Shown: positions 38,425-48,154, counted from the stretch's first letter. The stretch is DNA of 64,000 bases from an uncultured Spirochaetota bacterium (GCA_963781885.1 CAWAHW010000002.1:672001-736000), one strand, 5' to 3'. Numbers and translations are program-made. The notes: generated from the letters alone by a model not told the origin.

Positions 38425-39195
38425 TCAGACGCCCCCTCGATGATGAGCCGTCCCCCCCGGCACGCGCCCGACGTGCAGGTACGCGGTGCCGAATGTGAGC
38501 CGGTGAAACCGGACCGCCTCCAGACCCGCGTCCGCCATGAGCGCGGCAAGTCTCCGGGGGGCGGGGAAATGCATGATCGAGTCGCCGAGATAGTGGTAGG
38601 TGCCGGTGCGGGGCTGCAGGAGTGCCGCCATGCGCGGGAGAACCTTCCGCAAGTAGAAGCCGTAAACCGGTCGGAAAAAGGCGGACGGATCGTAGGTCAT
38701 CTCGAGCACCATGACCCGGCCGCCCGGCCTTGTCACCCGGGCCATCTCCCGCAGGGCGCCGAGCTTGTCGGGTATGTTGCGCAGCCCGAAGGCGATGGCG
38801 GAAACGTCGAATGAATGGTCGGCCAGGGGGAGGGACAGGGCGTCCGCTGCAAGCAGGCGTATCCTGCCCGACAGCCCCGCCTCCTGCACCTTGCGCGTCC
38901 CGATGCGGAGCATGCGCGCGGCGGTGTCGACACCCGTCACGGCGATGCCGCCGTGACGGCGCGCGGCGGCAAGGGCGAGGTCCGCCGTGCCCGTCGCGAC
39001 GTCGAGGAAACTGCCTGACGGCCCGAATCTCATCGCCCTGGTCGCCGCGTTTCTCCAGCCGACGTCGCGTCGGAAGCTCAGGAGGTGGTTCATCAGGTCG
39101 TAGCGCCGATGAACGGTGCTGAAGATGTCCCGGACCACCGCCTTGTGGGCATCGGGGCTCAGGGTCGAGACAGGCGGATAGCGTTTCTCCCTCAT
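38425..39195 (-). CDS. menG: demethylmenaquinone methyltransferase (UbiE/MenG)
   Basis: YDLMNHLLS, LDVATGTADLA, FGLRN, RPGG. Confidence 0.9.
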   Translation of the reverse strand: MREKRYPPVSTLSPDAHKAVVRDIFSTVHRRYDLMNHLLSFRRDVGWRNAATRAMRFGPSGSFLDVATGTADLALAAARRHGGIAVTGVDTAARMLRIGTRKVQEAGLSGRIRLLAADALSLPLADHSFDVSAIAFGLRNIPDKLGALREMARVTRPGGRVMVLEMTYDPSAFFRPVYGFYLRKVLPRMAALLQPRTGTYHYLGDSIMHFPAPRRLAALMADAGLEAVRFHRLTFGTAYLHVGRVPGGTAHHRGGV

Positions 39196-40094
39196 CCGAG
39201 GAAGAGCCCCAGCGCCAGGAGGAGGTTGAAGGACAGGTGGAGGAAGAAGGTGTTCATGTTGGCATCCACCAGCTTTTTGTCGTCCGTGTAATGCGCACGG
39301 GAGACCCGGAATGCGCCGACGGCGAAGGGCGCGCTCAGGAACGCGAGGAGCGCCCACACGGGCAGGACGCCGGCAACGACAAAAGCTGCCACCCAAAGGT
39401 AGGAAAAGGCAAGCGCGCCCTGGAATGCCACGAGCGCGCGCGGCTTTCCCAGGATGACGACCAGCGTCCGCTTGCCCACCGCCTTGTCGGCGTCATGATC
39501 GGGAAACTCGTTGATCAGGAGGAGCGCGGCCAGGAGGATTCCCGGCGGCACCGATGCAATGAAGGCGGTTGTCGACCACAGCGGCGCCTGCACCGCGAAG
39601 GCTCCCATCGCCACGAGCGGTCCGAAGGAGAGCCCGTTGAGGACCTCGGCGAGCCCCCGGTAACCCAGACGCAGGGGGGCGCCGGTATAGAAATAGGCGC
39701 AGAAGACCCCCAGGACGCCGATGGCAAGAAGGGGAAGGTTGCGCTGCGTCACGACGAGCCACAGCCCGATCAGAGAGCCTACGACGAGGCACGAAACCGC
39801 CGCCGCGAGGATCTGACGCGCGGGAAGGAGGCCATCCTGGATGACCCTGCTTCCGCCGCTGTACGCGCTGCCGCTCTGGTTCAGTGCGTCCGTCTCCGAC
39901 CGATAGTCGAAGTAGTCATTGGACATGTTGGCCCCGAGGTGGATCAGGACGCAGCCGAGAAGGGCCAGGAGAAACGGCAGCCAGGAGAAGCTTCCCGCCG
40001 CGAACCATGCCGCCGCGGTCCCGACGAGGACCGGCGCCACGGTCGCAGTAAGGAAGTGCGCGCGAAGCGCCGTGAACCACGCTCTTGCTTTCAA
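39192..40094 (-). CDS. menA: 1,4-dihydroxy-2-naphthoate polyprenyltransferase (UbiA family)
   Basis: NMSNDYFDY, YTGAPLRLGYRGLAE, NEFPDHDADKAVGKRTL. TTG start follows GGGAGG. Confidence 0.88.
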   Translation of the reverse strand: MKARAWFTALRAHFLTATVAPVLVGTAAAWFAAGSFSWLPFLLALLGCVLIHLGANMSNDYFDYRSETDALNQSGSAYSGGSRVIQDGLLPARQILAAAVSCLVVGSLIGLWLVVTQRNLPLLAIGVLGVFCAYFYTGAPLRLGYRGLAEVLNGLSFGPLVAMGAFAVQAPLWSTTAFIASVPPGILLAALLLINEFPDHDADKAVGKRTLVVILGKPRALVAFQGALAFSYLWVAAFVVAGVLPVWALLAFLSAPFAVGAFRVSRAHYTDDKKLVDANMNTFFLHLSFNLLLALGLFLG

Positions 40095-40220
40095 CGGGAA
40101 CCTCCCGGTCACTATAGCACGGCCGCGCGACGAGCGAGAAGCGGTCGACCGCGGCGCCCGGCGGGGCGTTGAAGGGAACGGCTTGACGGCTTCAAGCCGC
40201 GCCCGTAGGATGTTACGATT

Positions 40221-42455
40221 GTGACACCGCGACACGAAAAAATGCCGGCGGCGGACGAGCAGGAGCGCACGCGCGAGCTTCAGCGCCTGGTGGAGGACCG
40301 CGAGCGCGCCCATCGGGTCGACCACGAGCGCGCGGCGCGCCTCCAGCTGATCGCCGACATCGGGCAGCGGACCACCGCGATCCTTTCGCCGGCGGAGCTC
40401 CTCCAAAGCGCCATTTACGTCATTCGCGAATCGTTCCAGTACTTCATGGTGAGCATATTCCTCGTGGAGGGCAGCGACCTGCTCTGCGCTGCAACCACCC
40501 TGCCCGAGCTGCAGAAAGGCGTCGGGAAGCTGCGCCTCGGCATCGGTCGTGAGGGCATCATCGGCTGGGTGGCGGGGAGCGGGGTGCCGCTGAACGTGCC
40601 CGACGTGCGCAAGGACAGGCGCTACCGCTATGAGATGGACGCGGAGCTGCGCACCCGGTCTGAGCTCGCCGTGCCCATCATGCTCAAGGGGCTGGTGAGC
40701 GGCGTCCTGGACGCGCAGAGCGAAAAGGAAGACTCGTTCACGGAGCTCGACGTCTTTACCCTCCAGACCGTCGCGGGCCAGCTCGCCGTTGCCCTGGAGA
40801 ACGCCCGGCTCTACGACGCCCTGCAGGAGGAGCTTGCCGTGCGCCGGCGGACGGAAAAGCTGCTGCGCGTGCTGAACGACGTGGGTCTTGCCATGCAAAA
40901 GGCGCCGTTCCCGGACGCGGTCCTGGTCACCGTCGGCGTGGAGCTTGAAAAGGCGGGCCTCCTGTGCGCGCTCCATCTCCGGGAAGAGGCGGGGGGTCGG
41001 CTGATTCGGGCCTACGCAAGCCCCCGGCTCGCCGTGGAAGGCATCCACGGCGTGGCGGTCGACACGAAGGACGAGGCCGTCTTCCTCGCGGCGCAGGACG
41101 CGCGCGCGAGCTTCTCCGACGGAACGATCACCGCGCCGCTGCTCTTCGAGGACGGCCTGCTCGGATTCCTCACCGTCCAGTCGGCCGAGCTCAGCGGCGA
41201 GGACGTGCCGGCGATACAGGTCTTCGCGAACGAGATCGCCGCGGCGTGGAAAAAGACGCATCTCGTGCGCGAGCTCCAGCAGAGCGTGAAGGACCTGGGC
41301 AGCACGCAGGAGCAGCTCCTCCAGGCCCAGAAGATGGAGGCGGTGGGACGCCTGGCGGGCGGGGTGGCGCATGATTTCAACAACCAGCTCACCGCCATCA
41401 TGGGGTACGCCGACATGCTCGCGGCAAGCTTCGACCCCAGCGACCCGCGCGGCGCCGAGGTGGCGGAAATCCTGCGGGCGAGCGGCCGGGCGTCGGACCT
41501 CACGCGGCAGCTCCTCGCTTTCAGCAGACGGCAGGTCCTGCGGCTCCGCATCGTCGACCTCAACGGCCTCATCGCAGAGATGCGCGATATGCTGCGGCGA
41601 TTGATCGGCGAGGACGTGAAGCTCGAGACGCGCCTGTCCCCGGTCCCGCAGCGCGTGCGTGCCGACCCGTCGCAGATGGAGCAGGTGATCATGAACCTCG
41701 CGGTCAACGCCCGGGACGCGATGCCCGAGGGGGGAACGCTGGAGATCCTCACGGAACGCGTCACGCTGGAGGTGGTGGACACGGAAGGCGCACCGGGCGT
41801 CTCACCGGGCGATTACTGCGTCATGCGGGTCACGGATACCGGCACGGGCATGGGACCCGAGGTGCTGTCACGGCTTTTCGAGCCCTTTTTCACGACGAAG
41901 GAAAAGGGCAAGGGCACCGGGCTGGGCCTCTCCACCGCGTATGGCATCGTGCAGCAGAGCGGAGGCCACATCACCTGCCGCAGCGCACCCGGCCAGGGCA
42001 GCGTGTTCGTCATCCACCTGCCCGCCACGGATGAGCTTCCCGCGGAGACGGCGCAGGTCCCGTCCGCGGCTCCCACCGCCGCGGCCGGCGAAACCATCAT
42101 CGTCGTGGAGGACGATCCGTCCATCCGCGACATCGTGCGGCGCACCCTCTCCCGCGCGGGCTACAATGTCGTCACGGCGGATACGGGCACGGAAGGCATG
42201 GAGCTGCTCGCCCGGCACCCCGGGGTCCCCCTCGTCATCACCGACCTTGTCCTTCCGGGCAGCGTCCGCGGCATCGACATCGCCCGGCACGTGCTATCTG
42301 ACGCGCGGCCGACGCGGCTGCTCTGCATGTCGGGCTACTCGGAGCAGCTCGTTTCGGGCGCGGAAGGCCTTCTGCCGGATGGTGCATTCCTGGCGAAGCC
42401 TTTCACGCCCGCGGAGCTCGTCGCCCGGGTGAAGGAAATCCTGAGCTCGCGCTAG
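40221..42455 (+). CDS. hybrid sensor histidine kinase (GAF-GAF-HisKA-HATPase-REC, CckA-like core)
   Basis: SELAVPI GAF, AHDFNN H-box, NARDAM, DTGTGM, GTGLGLS, C-terminal VEDD...TDLVLP...KPF receiver. Confidence 0.93.
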   Translation: MTPRHEKMPAADEQERTRELQRLVEDRERAHRVDHERAARLQLIADIGQRTTAILSPAELLQSAIYVIRESFQYFMVSIFLVEGSDLLCAATTLPELQKGVGKLRLGIGREGIIGWVAGSGVPLNVPDVRKDRRYRYEMDAELRTRSELAVPIMLKGLVSGVLDAQSEKEDSFTELDVFTLQTVAGQLAVALENARLYDALQEELAVRRRTEKLLRVLNDVGLAMQKAPFPDAVLVTVGVELEKAGLLCALHLREEAGGRLIRAYASPRLAVEGIHGVAVDTKDEAVFLAAQDARASFSDGTITAPLLFEDGLLGFLTVQSAELSGEDVPAIQVFANEIAAAWKKTHLVRELQQSVKDLGSTQEQLLQAQKMEAVGRLAGGVAHDFNNQLTAIMGYADMLAASFDPSDPRGAEVAEILRASGRASDLTRQLLAFSRRQVLRLRIVDLNGLIAEMRDMLRRLIGEDVKLETRLSPVPQRVRADPSQMEQVIMNLAVNARDAMPEGGTLEILTERVTLEVVDTEGAPGVSPGDYCVMRVTDTGTGMGPEVLSRLFEPFFTTKEKGKGTGLGLSTAYGIVQQSGGHITCRSAPGQGSVFVIHLPATDELPAETAQVPSAAPTAAAGETIIVVEDDPSIRDIVRRTLSRAGYNVVTADTGTEGMELLARHPGVPLVITDLVLPGSVRGIDIARHVLSDARPTRLLCMSGYSEQLVSGAEGLLPDGAFLAKPFTPAELVARVKEILSSR

Positions 42456-42588
42456 GCCGACGCGGTAGGCCGCGTCATTTGCCGACGCGGTGGGCCGCGT
42501 CATTTGCCGACGCGGTGGGCCGCGTCATTTGCCGACGCGGTAGGCCGCGTCATTTGCCGACGCGGTAGGCCGCGTCATTTGCCGACGC
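42456..42588. repeat. tandem array of five full and one partial 25-bp palindromic (REP-like) units GCCGACGCGGTRGGCCGCGTCATTT
   Basis: Units start at 42456, 42481, 42506, 42531, 42556 and 42581 (partial). Each contains GACGCGG/CCGCGTC inverted arms; there are no spacers. Confidence 0.95.
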
Positions 42589-42619
42589 AAAAAAAAGCCC
42601 GCCGCGTGAAGCGGCGGGC
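42589..42619 (-). terminator. Rho-independent terminator of ppdK
   Basis: Minus strand GCCCGCCGC-TTCAC-GCGGCGGGC followed by T8. Confidence 0.9.
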
Positions 42620-42640
42620 CACATCTTCTGCGATCGGGCG

Positions 42641-45625
42641 CTACTTCCTGCCGCTCTTTTTCGCGACGCCGCTCTTCTTCGCGGTCTTCTTGACCGCCTT
42701 TTTCACGGCAGCCTTCTTCGCCACCGGTTTCTTTGCGGCCGCCTTCTTCGCGGCCCCGCCGCCCTTTTTCGCCACAGCCTTTTTGGCAACGGCCTTCTTT
42801 GCCGCAGGCTTCTTCGCGACAGGCTTTTTTGCGACGGGCTTCTTCGCCGCAGCCTTCTTCACGACGACCTTCTTTGCCGCCGGGGGCTTCGCAAGGTCTG
42901 CAACGGCTTCCTGGGCCGCGGCGAGCTTCGCCAGCGGAACACGGTACGGCGAGCAGGACACGTAGCTCATGCCCACGCGGTGGCAGAACTTCACGGATTC
43001 CGGGTCACCGCCATGCTCGCCGCAGATGCCGATCTTCAGCGTGGGCTTCACTGCCCGGCCCTTGGTGATGCCCATCTTGATCAGCTCCCCGATGCCGTCC
43101 TGGTCGATTGTCTGGAACGGGTCGGCCGGGAGGATCTTCTTTTCCAGGTAGTGCGGCAGGAAGCTGCCGATGTCGTCGCGGGAGAAGCCGAAGCCCATCT
43201 GGGTGAGGTCATTCGTCCCGAAGGAGAAGAACTCGCAGACGCTCGCGAACTTGTCCGCGGTGACGCACGCGCGCGGTATCTCGATCATCGTGCCGACGAC
43301 AAGGACGAGCTTCGCCTTCGACATCGCGAACTTGGCAAGCACCTTTTCGTAGACCCTGTCGATGATCTTCTTCTGGTCGACGATCTCCGTCATCACCGAG
43401 GTGACGGGGATCATGATCTCGGGGCGCGCATTCTTTCCTGCCTGGATCAGCTCCGCCGCTGCCTCCAGGATGGCCTGTGTCTGCACCTCGGTCATCTCGG
43501 GGTAGGAGATGCCCAGGCGGACGCCGCGATGGCCCATCATCGGGTTGTTTTCATGCAGGTCATCGGCGCGCTTGTTGAACTCGTCCAGCGAGATGCCAAG
43601 GTCCGTGGCGAGTCGCTGCCTTTCGTCGGGCCGGGTGGGGACGAACTCGTGCAGCGGGGGATCGAGGAAGCGGAATGTCACGGGCAACCCGTCCATGACC
43701 TCCATGGTCCGCTTCACGTCGTCCTTCATGTACGGGAAGAGCTCTTCCAGCGCCTTGCGGCGCTCCGCTTCCGTGTTGGAGGCGATCATGCGGCGGAGGA
43801 GGAACAGCGGCTTGTCGGCGCCCTCGCCGTAGAACATGTGCTCGAACCGGAAGAGCCCGATGCCCTCGGCGCCGAACTCGCGCGCCTTCTTGGCGTCCTG
43901 GGGCGTATCGGCGTTCGTGCGCACGCCGAGCTTCTTCACCTTGTCGCAAATGGCCATGAAGCCGACGAAGTCCGGGTTCTCTCCCGCCGCCTTGATGAGC
44001 GGCAGCGCCCCGACGTACACGGTGCCCTTGCTGCCGTTCAGCGTGATGAACTCGCCCTCGCGGACGACCTTGCCCTTCACGCTCATCTGTTTCGCGGGAA
44101 TGTCCACGCGGATGTCGCCCGCGCCGACGATGCAGCACTTGCCCCAGCCGCGCGCCACGAGCGCCGCGTGCGAGGTCATGCCGCCGCGCGCCGTGAGGAT
44201 GGCCTCCGCCGCGCGCATCCCCTCCACGTCCTCGGGGTTGGTCTCTTCGCGCACGAGCACGACCTTCTTGCCCTGCTTCGTCCACGCCACCGCGTCATTC
44301 GCGGTGAACACGACCTGCCCGACGCCGCCGCCGGGACCGGCGGGAAGACCCTTCACGAGGATCGGGGTATCCTTCTCCTTCGCCGGGTCGATGATGGGAT
44401 GGAGCAGCTCGTCCAGCTGCGCCGCGGTCACGCGCGTGACGGCATCTTCCGGCGTCGTGAGTTTTTCCTTCACCATGTCGACGGCCATGCGGACGGCCGC
44501 GGGCCCGTTGCGCTTGCCGACGCGGCACTGGAGCATCCAGAGCTTGCCCTTTTCAATGGTGAACTCCAGGTCCAGCATGTCGTGGTAATGCTTCTCCAGG
44601 CGCAGCTCGATGGCGTGCAGCTCGCCGTAGATCCTCGAGAACTGCTTCTCCAGCGAAGGAAGACCGGCCGTGTGCTCCGTCTTTCCCGCCTCGTTGATGG
44701 GGTAGGGGGTGCGGATGCCCGCCACGACGTCTTCGCCCTGGGCATTGGGAAGCCATTCGCCGTAGAACACGTTCTGGCCGGTCGCGGGGTTGCGGGTGAA
44801 GGCGACGCCGGTGCCGGAGTCATCGCCCATGTTTCCGAACACCATGGACTGCACGGTGACGGCGGTTCCCCATTCGTCGGGGATCCCTTCGATGCGGCGG
44901 TAGGAGATGGCGCGCTTTCCGTTCCAGCTCTGGAACACGGCGCGGATGCCGCCCCAGACCTGCTCCATGGGGTCCTCGGGGAAATCCTTGCCCAGCACTT
45001 CGCGCACCTTGGCCTTGTACGTCCTGATGAGCGCCTTCAGGTCGTCCGCGGTGAGCTCGGTGTCCTGCTTCACGCCGCGGGCGCGCTTCATCTTGTCCAG
45101 CTCGCGTTCCAGCTGCTGGCGGATGCCCATGCCTTCGGCGGGCTCGATGCCCTCCGCCTTCTCCATGACCACGTCGGAGTACATCTGGATGAGCCTGCGG
45201 TAGGCGTCGTAGACGAATCGGGGGTTTCCCGTGAGGGCGATGATGCCCTGCGCCGTCTTTTCGTTGAGGCCGACGTTGAGCACCGTCTCCATCATGCCGG
45301 GCATCGATTTGCGCGCGCCCGACCGCACGGAGACCAGGAGCGGGTTGGCGGCATCGCCGAATTTGTGGCTCATGATCTTTTCGATGTGCCGCAGTCCCTC
45401 GTTCACCTTGGCATCCAGGCCCGCGGGGTATTTTCCCTTGTTCTGGAAGAAATAATTGCAGACCTCGGTGGTGATGGTGAAACCCGCTGGAACGGGAAGC
45501 CGCAAGTCGGGATGACCGGCCATTTCGGCGAGGTTCGCGCCCTTTCCGCCGAGAAGGTTCTTCATCTTCTCATTGCCGTCGGCCTTTCCCCCTCCGAACA
45601 AATAGACGAATTGTGCCCCCGCCAT
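42641..45625 (-). CDS. ppdK: pyruvate, phosphate dikinase with Lys/Ala-rich C-terminal tail
   Basis: LLGGKGANLAEM, SVRSGA, GEDVVAGIRTP, GGMTSHAALVARG, SFGTNDLTQ, GICGEHGGDP. Confidence 0.97.
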   Translation of the reverse strand: MAGAQFVYLFGGGKADGNEKMKNLLGGKGANLAEMAGHPDLRLPVPAGFTITTEVCNYFFQNKGKYPAGLDAKVNEGLRHIEKIMSHKFGDAANPLLVSVRSGARKSMPGMMETVLNVGLNEKTAQGIIALTGNPRFVYDAYRRLIQMYSDVVMEKAEGIEPAEGMGIRQQLERELDKMKRARGVKQDTELTADDLKALIRTYKAKVREVLGKDFPEDPMEQVWGGIRAVFQSWNGKRAISYRRIEGIPDEWGTAVTVQSMVFGNMGDDSGTGVAFTRNPATGQNVFYGEWLPNAQGEDVVAGIRTPYPINEAGKTEHTAGLPSLEKQFSRIYGELHAIELRLEKHYHDMLDLEFTIEKGKLWMLQCRVGKRNGPAAVRMAVDMVKEKLTTPEDAVTRVTAAQLDELLHPIIDPAKEKDTPILVKGLPAGPGGGVGQVVFTANDAVAWTKQGKKVVLVREETNPEDVEGMRAAEAILTARGGMTSHAALVARGWGKCCIVGAGDIRVDIPAKQMSVKGKVVREGEFITLNGSKGTVYVGALPLIKAAGENPDFVGFMAICDKVKKLGVRTNADTPQDAKKAREFGAEGIGLFRFEHMFYGEGADKPLFLLRRMIASNTEAERRKALEELFPYMKDDVKRTMEVMDGLPVTFRFLDPPLHEFVPTRPDERQRLATDLGISLDEFNKRADDLHENNPMMGHRGVRLGISYPEMTEVQTQAILEAAAELIQAGKNARPEIMIPVTSVMTEIVDQKKIIDRVYEKVLAKFAMSKAKLVLVVGTMIEIPRACVTADKFASVCEFFSFGTNDLTQMGFGFSRDDIGSFLPHYLEKKILPADPFQTIDQDGIGELIKMGITKGRAVKPTLKIGICGEHGGDPESVKFCHRVGMSYVSCSPYRVPLAKLAAAQEAVADLAKPPAAKKVVVKKAAAKKPVAKKPVAKKPAAKKAVAKKAVAKKGGGAAKKAAAKKPVAKKAAVKKAVKKTAKKSGVAKKSGRK

Positions 45626-45868
45626 GTGCTTATCTCCTCTTTTGTGGCTTAAAATAGGTGGAAAATCTTGGTTCTGATTCTTACCTGCTTCGGAAGGAAT
45701 ATCCCCAAAGCACCGCGACCGTCAAGTGAGAGGGGGGAAGGGATAGACGCGCCTGGCTTTGTAAATCTCGAACTGTTCCACGCCCATGGAACAATCTGAC
45801 GGCCGCAATTCCGCGGCGCATTCTGGTTACCGGCTAGGCGTGGAGGATCTCATGCACCTTGCGCCTGT

Positions 45869-46381
45869 CTATTGTGAAAGATCGATGGTGCCGCCGTCGT
45901 GATTGTCGTCGTGGTAGGTGGTGAGGTCAGCCGCTCCCGCATAGGCGACGATGAAATCGAGCTTCCCGCCGACGACGGGCAGCTTGCCGGCAGGGACGTG
46001 GAGCTCGACGGTTGTCGTGCCACCCGCCTGGCCCACGGCGAAGCTGTCGGCGAGACGGGTGGCAGCCTCCTGGTGACTGTGCCCCGAGCCGACCTGCTCG
46101 CTGAAAACGGGCTTCCCGTCGGCGACGTAGCCCATAAAGATGTGGGCGCCGTCCATGACCACGGAACCCAGGCCGATGCCCACCCAGCCGGTCGTCTGCG
46201 CGGTCACCGCGATGGTGAGCCCGCCATTGGAATCCGCCTGATAGTAGACGGTGATGGCGTCGTAATCGAGCGACATCGACTTGCTGTATTCGCCTGGCAT
46301 GACCGTGCCGTCCACTTTCGGGACCGGCCATGCCGCCACGGAAGCCATCAGGATGAGAAATATCGCCGTTAATCTCTTCAT
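45869..46381 (-). CDS. secreted DOMON-domain protein
   Basis: Signal peptide, TTGWVGIGLG...MDGAHIFMG, GHSH. Confidence 0.75.
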   Translation of the reverse strand: MKRLTAIFLILMASVAAWPVPKVDGTVMPGEYSKSMSLDYDAITVYYQADSNGGLTIAVTAQTTGWVGIGLGSVVMDGAHIFMGYVADGKPVFSEQVGSGHSHQEAATRLADSFAVGQAGGTTTVELHVPAGKLPVVGGKLDFIVAYAGAADLTTYHDDNHDGGTIDLSQ

Positions 46382-46402
46382 GCATCACCTTCCCTGAAAG
46401 AT

Positions 46403-46433
46403 ACGGGGGAAACCAGGGATTGGTTTCCCCCGT
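46403..46433. other. perfect 13-bp intercistronic inverted repeat
   Basis: ACGGGGGAAACCA-GGGAT-TGGTTTCCCCCGT. Confidence 0.85.
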
Positions 46434-46445
46434 TTTCACCCAGCC

Positions 46446-47363
46446 TCAGCTCGCGGGCAGAAGACCGTCCGGGCTGATCGCGTATTCCTTGATCGTGACC
46501 TGATTTGTCTTCAGATCGATGCTCACGGTGCGAAATCCCAGCCCCCGGTAGGGGTGCGCCGCGTCCCACGGAAGGGGGTTCGGGCTTGCCACCGAACCAG
46601 GCGCCGGCAGGGGGAACATCATGCCGGGCGCCGCGTACTGCGTGAAGCCGTCACCGTCGTCCTCCCGCACCTGGTGGATGTGGCCGTAGAAGAGCTTCAC
46701 GTTCTTGAACGGCTTGAAGAGGGCCAGTGCGCTCGCGCCGTCCTTTGTCCGCCAGTCCCACGCGGCGTAGACGTCGATCAAGGGCCGATGGGCGAAGACG
46801 ATGATCTGGGAGCTCTTGTCGAAGGTCTGCAGCACGCCGGCGAGCCACTGAAGCTGGGCATCGCCAAGGCTGCCATCCGGCGTCGACACATTGTCCAGCA
46901 CGATGAAGTGGACGCCCTTCACATCGAAGGCATAGTGCGGCTCGCCGAAGTACTCGCGGTAAGCCTGCGCGTTGTCCAGGGCCGCATCGTGCTCGCCGGG
47001 AATGAACTTGACGTTCTTCACGCTCAGGCCGGCGATGATGTCCTTGAACTGCGCCATGCGCTGCCGCCTGACCGCGGGATCGTTCGTGGTATGGGTCTCA
47101 TCGCCGGTGAAGATCAGGAAGTCCGGGTCCCCCTGCAAGGCGTTGATTTCCGCGATGCCTTTTTTCAGCGTCCCCGCATAGTCCGGGTTCACCTTGGCAT
47201 TGTTGAAGCCCCAGTGGGTATCGGAAACCTGGATGAAGAAGAGCCTGCCGTCGTCCGCAGCCTGGGCCGAGGCGGCCGCGGCGACGGCGAGAAAGAGCCC
47301 GAGACCGAGCAGGACGCGTCTCAGCGTCCGGCCGGCAGAATCCTTGAAAACAGCCTGTTGCAT
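46446..47363 (-). CDS. exported calcineurin-like metallophosphoesterase (CpdA/Icc-like)
   Basis: SDTH, TGDE, PGEHD, FAHRP, YGHIH, and an N-terminal signal peptide. Confidence 0.9.
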   Translation of the reverse strand: MQQAVFKDSAGRTLRRVLLGLGLFLAVAAAASAQAADDGRLFFIQVSDTHWGFNNAKVNPDYAGTLKKGIAEINALQGDPDFLIFTGDETHTTNDPAVRRQRMAQFKDIIAGLSVKNVKFIPGEHDAALDNAQAYREYFGEPHYAFDVKGVHFIVLDNVSTPDGSLGDAQLQWLAGVLQTFDKSSQIIVFAHRPLIDVYAAWDWRTKDGASALALFKPFKNVKLFYGHIHQVREDDGDGFTQYAAPGMMFPLPAPGSVASPNPLPWDAAHPYRGLGFRTVSIDLKTNQVTIKEYAISPDGLLPAS

Positions 47364-47481
47364 TCGATCATCTCCTTGACATCTCCTACACCGGCGTCGC
47401 GTCTGCGGATCGCATTGCGCCCCTTTTTTGTTGACACCAGGACAGGCCCGCGCGTACCATGTCTGCATCCAGGAGGAGCAT

Positions 47482-48060
47482 ATGGCCAAGTCGATCAAGG
47501 GCTCGAAGACCGAGCAAAATCTGCTCAAGGCGTTTGCCGGGGAATCGCAGGCGCGAAACCGCTACACGTATTTTGCAAGCGCGGCGCGCAAGGAGGGCTT
47601 CCAGCAGATCGCCAACATCTTCCAGGAGACGGCGGACAACGAAAAAGAGCATGCAAAAGTGTTCTTTTCCCACCTCGAAGGTGGAGACCTGGAGATCACC
47701 GCCTCCTATCCCGCGGGTGCAGTGAAGGAGACAAAGGCGAATCTCGAGGCCGCTGCCGCGGGGGAAAAGATGGAGTGGACGACGCTCTACCCGGATTTCG
47801 GAAAAATAGCGCGCGAAGAAGGGTATCCCGAGGTCGCCCGGTCTTTCGAACAGGTCGCCAAGGTGGAGAAGTTCCATGAAGGCCGGTATCGCAAGCTGAT
47901 CGACAATGTCGCGCAGGGAGAGGTCTTCAAGAGGAAGACGGCCGTGAAGTGGCACTGCATCAACTGCGGCTACGTCTTCGAAGGCACCGAGCCTCCAAAA
48001 GAATGCCCGGCGTGCCGGCATCCCCAGTCCTTCTACGAGGTTCTTGCCGAGAACTATTGA
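47482..48060 (+). CDS. rbr: rubrerythrin
   Basis: AFAGESQARNRY, EKEHA, EKFHE, CINCGY...CPACRHP. RBS AGGAGG; promoter TTGACA-18-TACCAT at 47431-47460. Confidence 0.96.
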   Translation: MAKSIKGSKTEQNLLKAFAGESQARNRYTYFASAARKEGFQQIANIFQETADNEKEHAKVFFSHLEGGDLEITASYPAGAVKETKANLEAAAAGEKMEWTTLYPDFGKIAREEGYPEVARSFEQVAKVEKFHEGRYRKLIDNVAQGEVFKRKTAVKWHCINCGYVFEGTEPPKECPACRHPQSFYEVLAENY

Positions 48061-48154
48061 GCATTCCCAAGCCCTCGGCGGACGGGGCGGGCATCTGCCC
48101 GAGAGCCGCCGGGGGCGTCCTTGACTTCTGCCACACGGGGCACTACGACAGCCT

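Noticed and set aside
39192-41372. 726-aa MenA fusion
   Set aside because: The N-terminal ~425 aa is the antisense of the histidine kinase gene and its promoter. MenA starts near 40094 with its own RBS.
42456-42588. CRISPR array
   Set aside because: The palindromic repeats abut each other with no unique spacers, and no cas genes are in the window.
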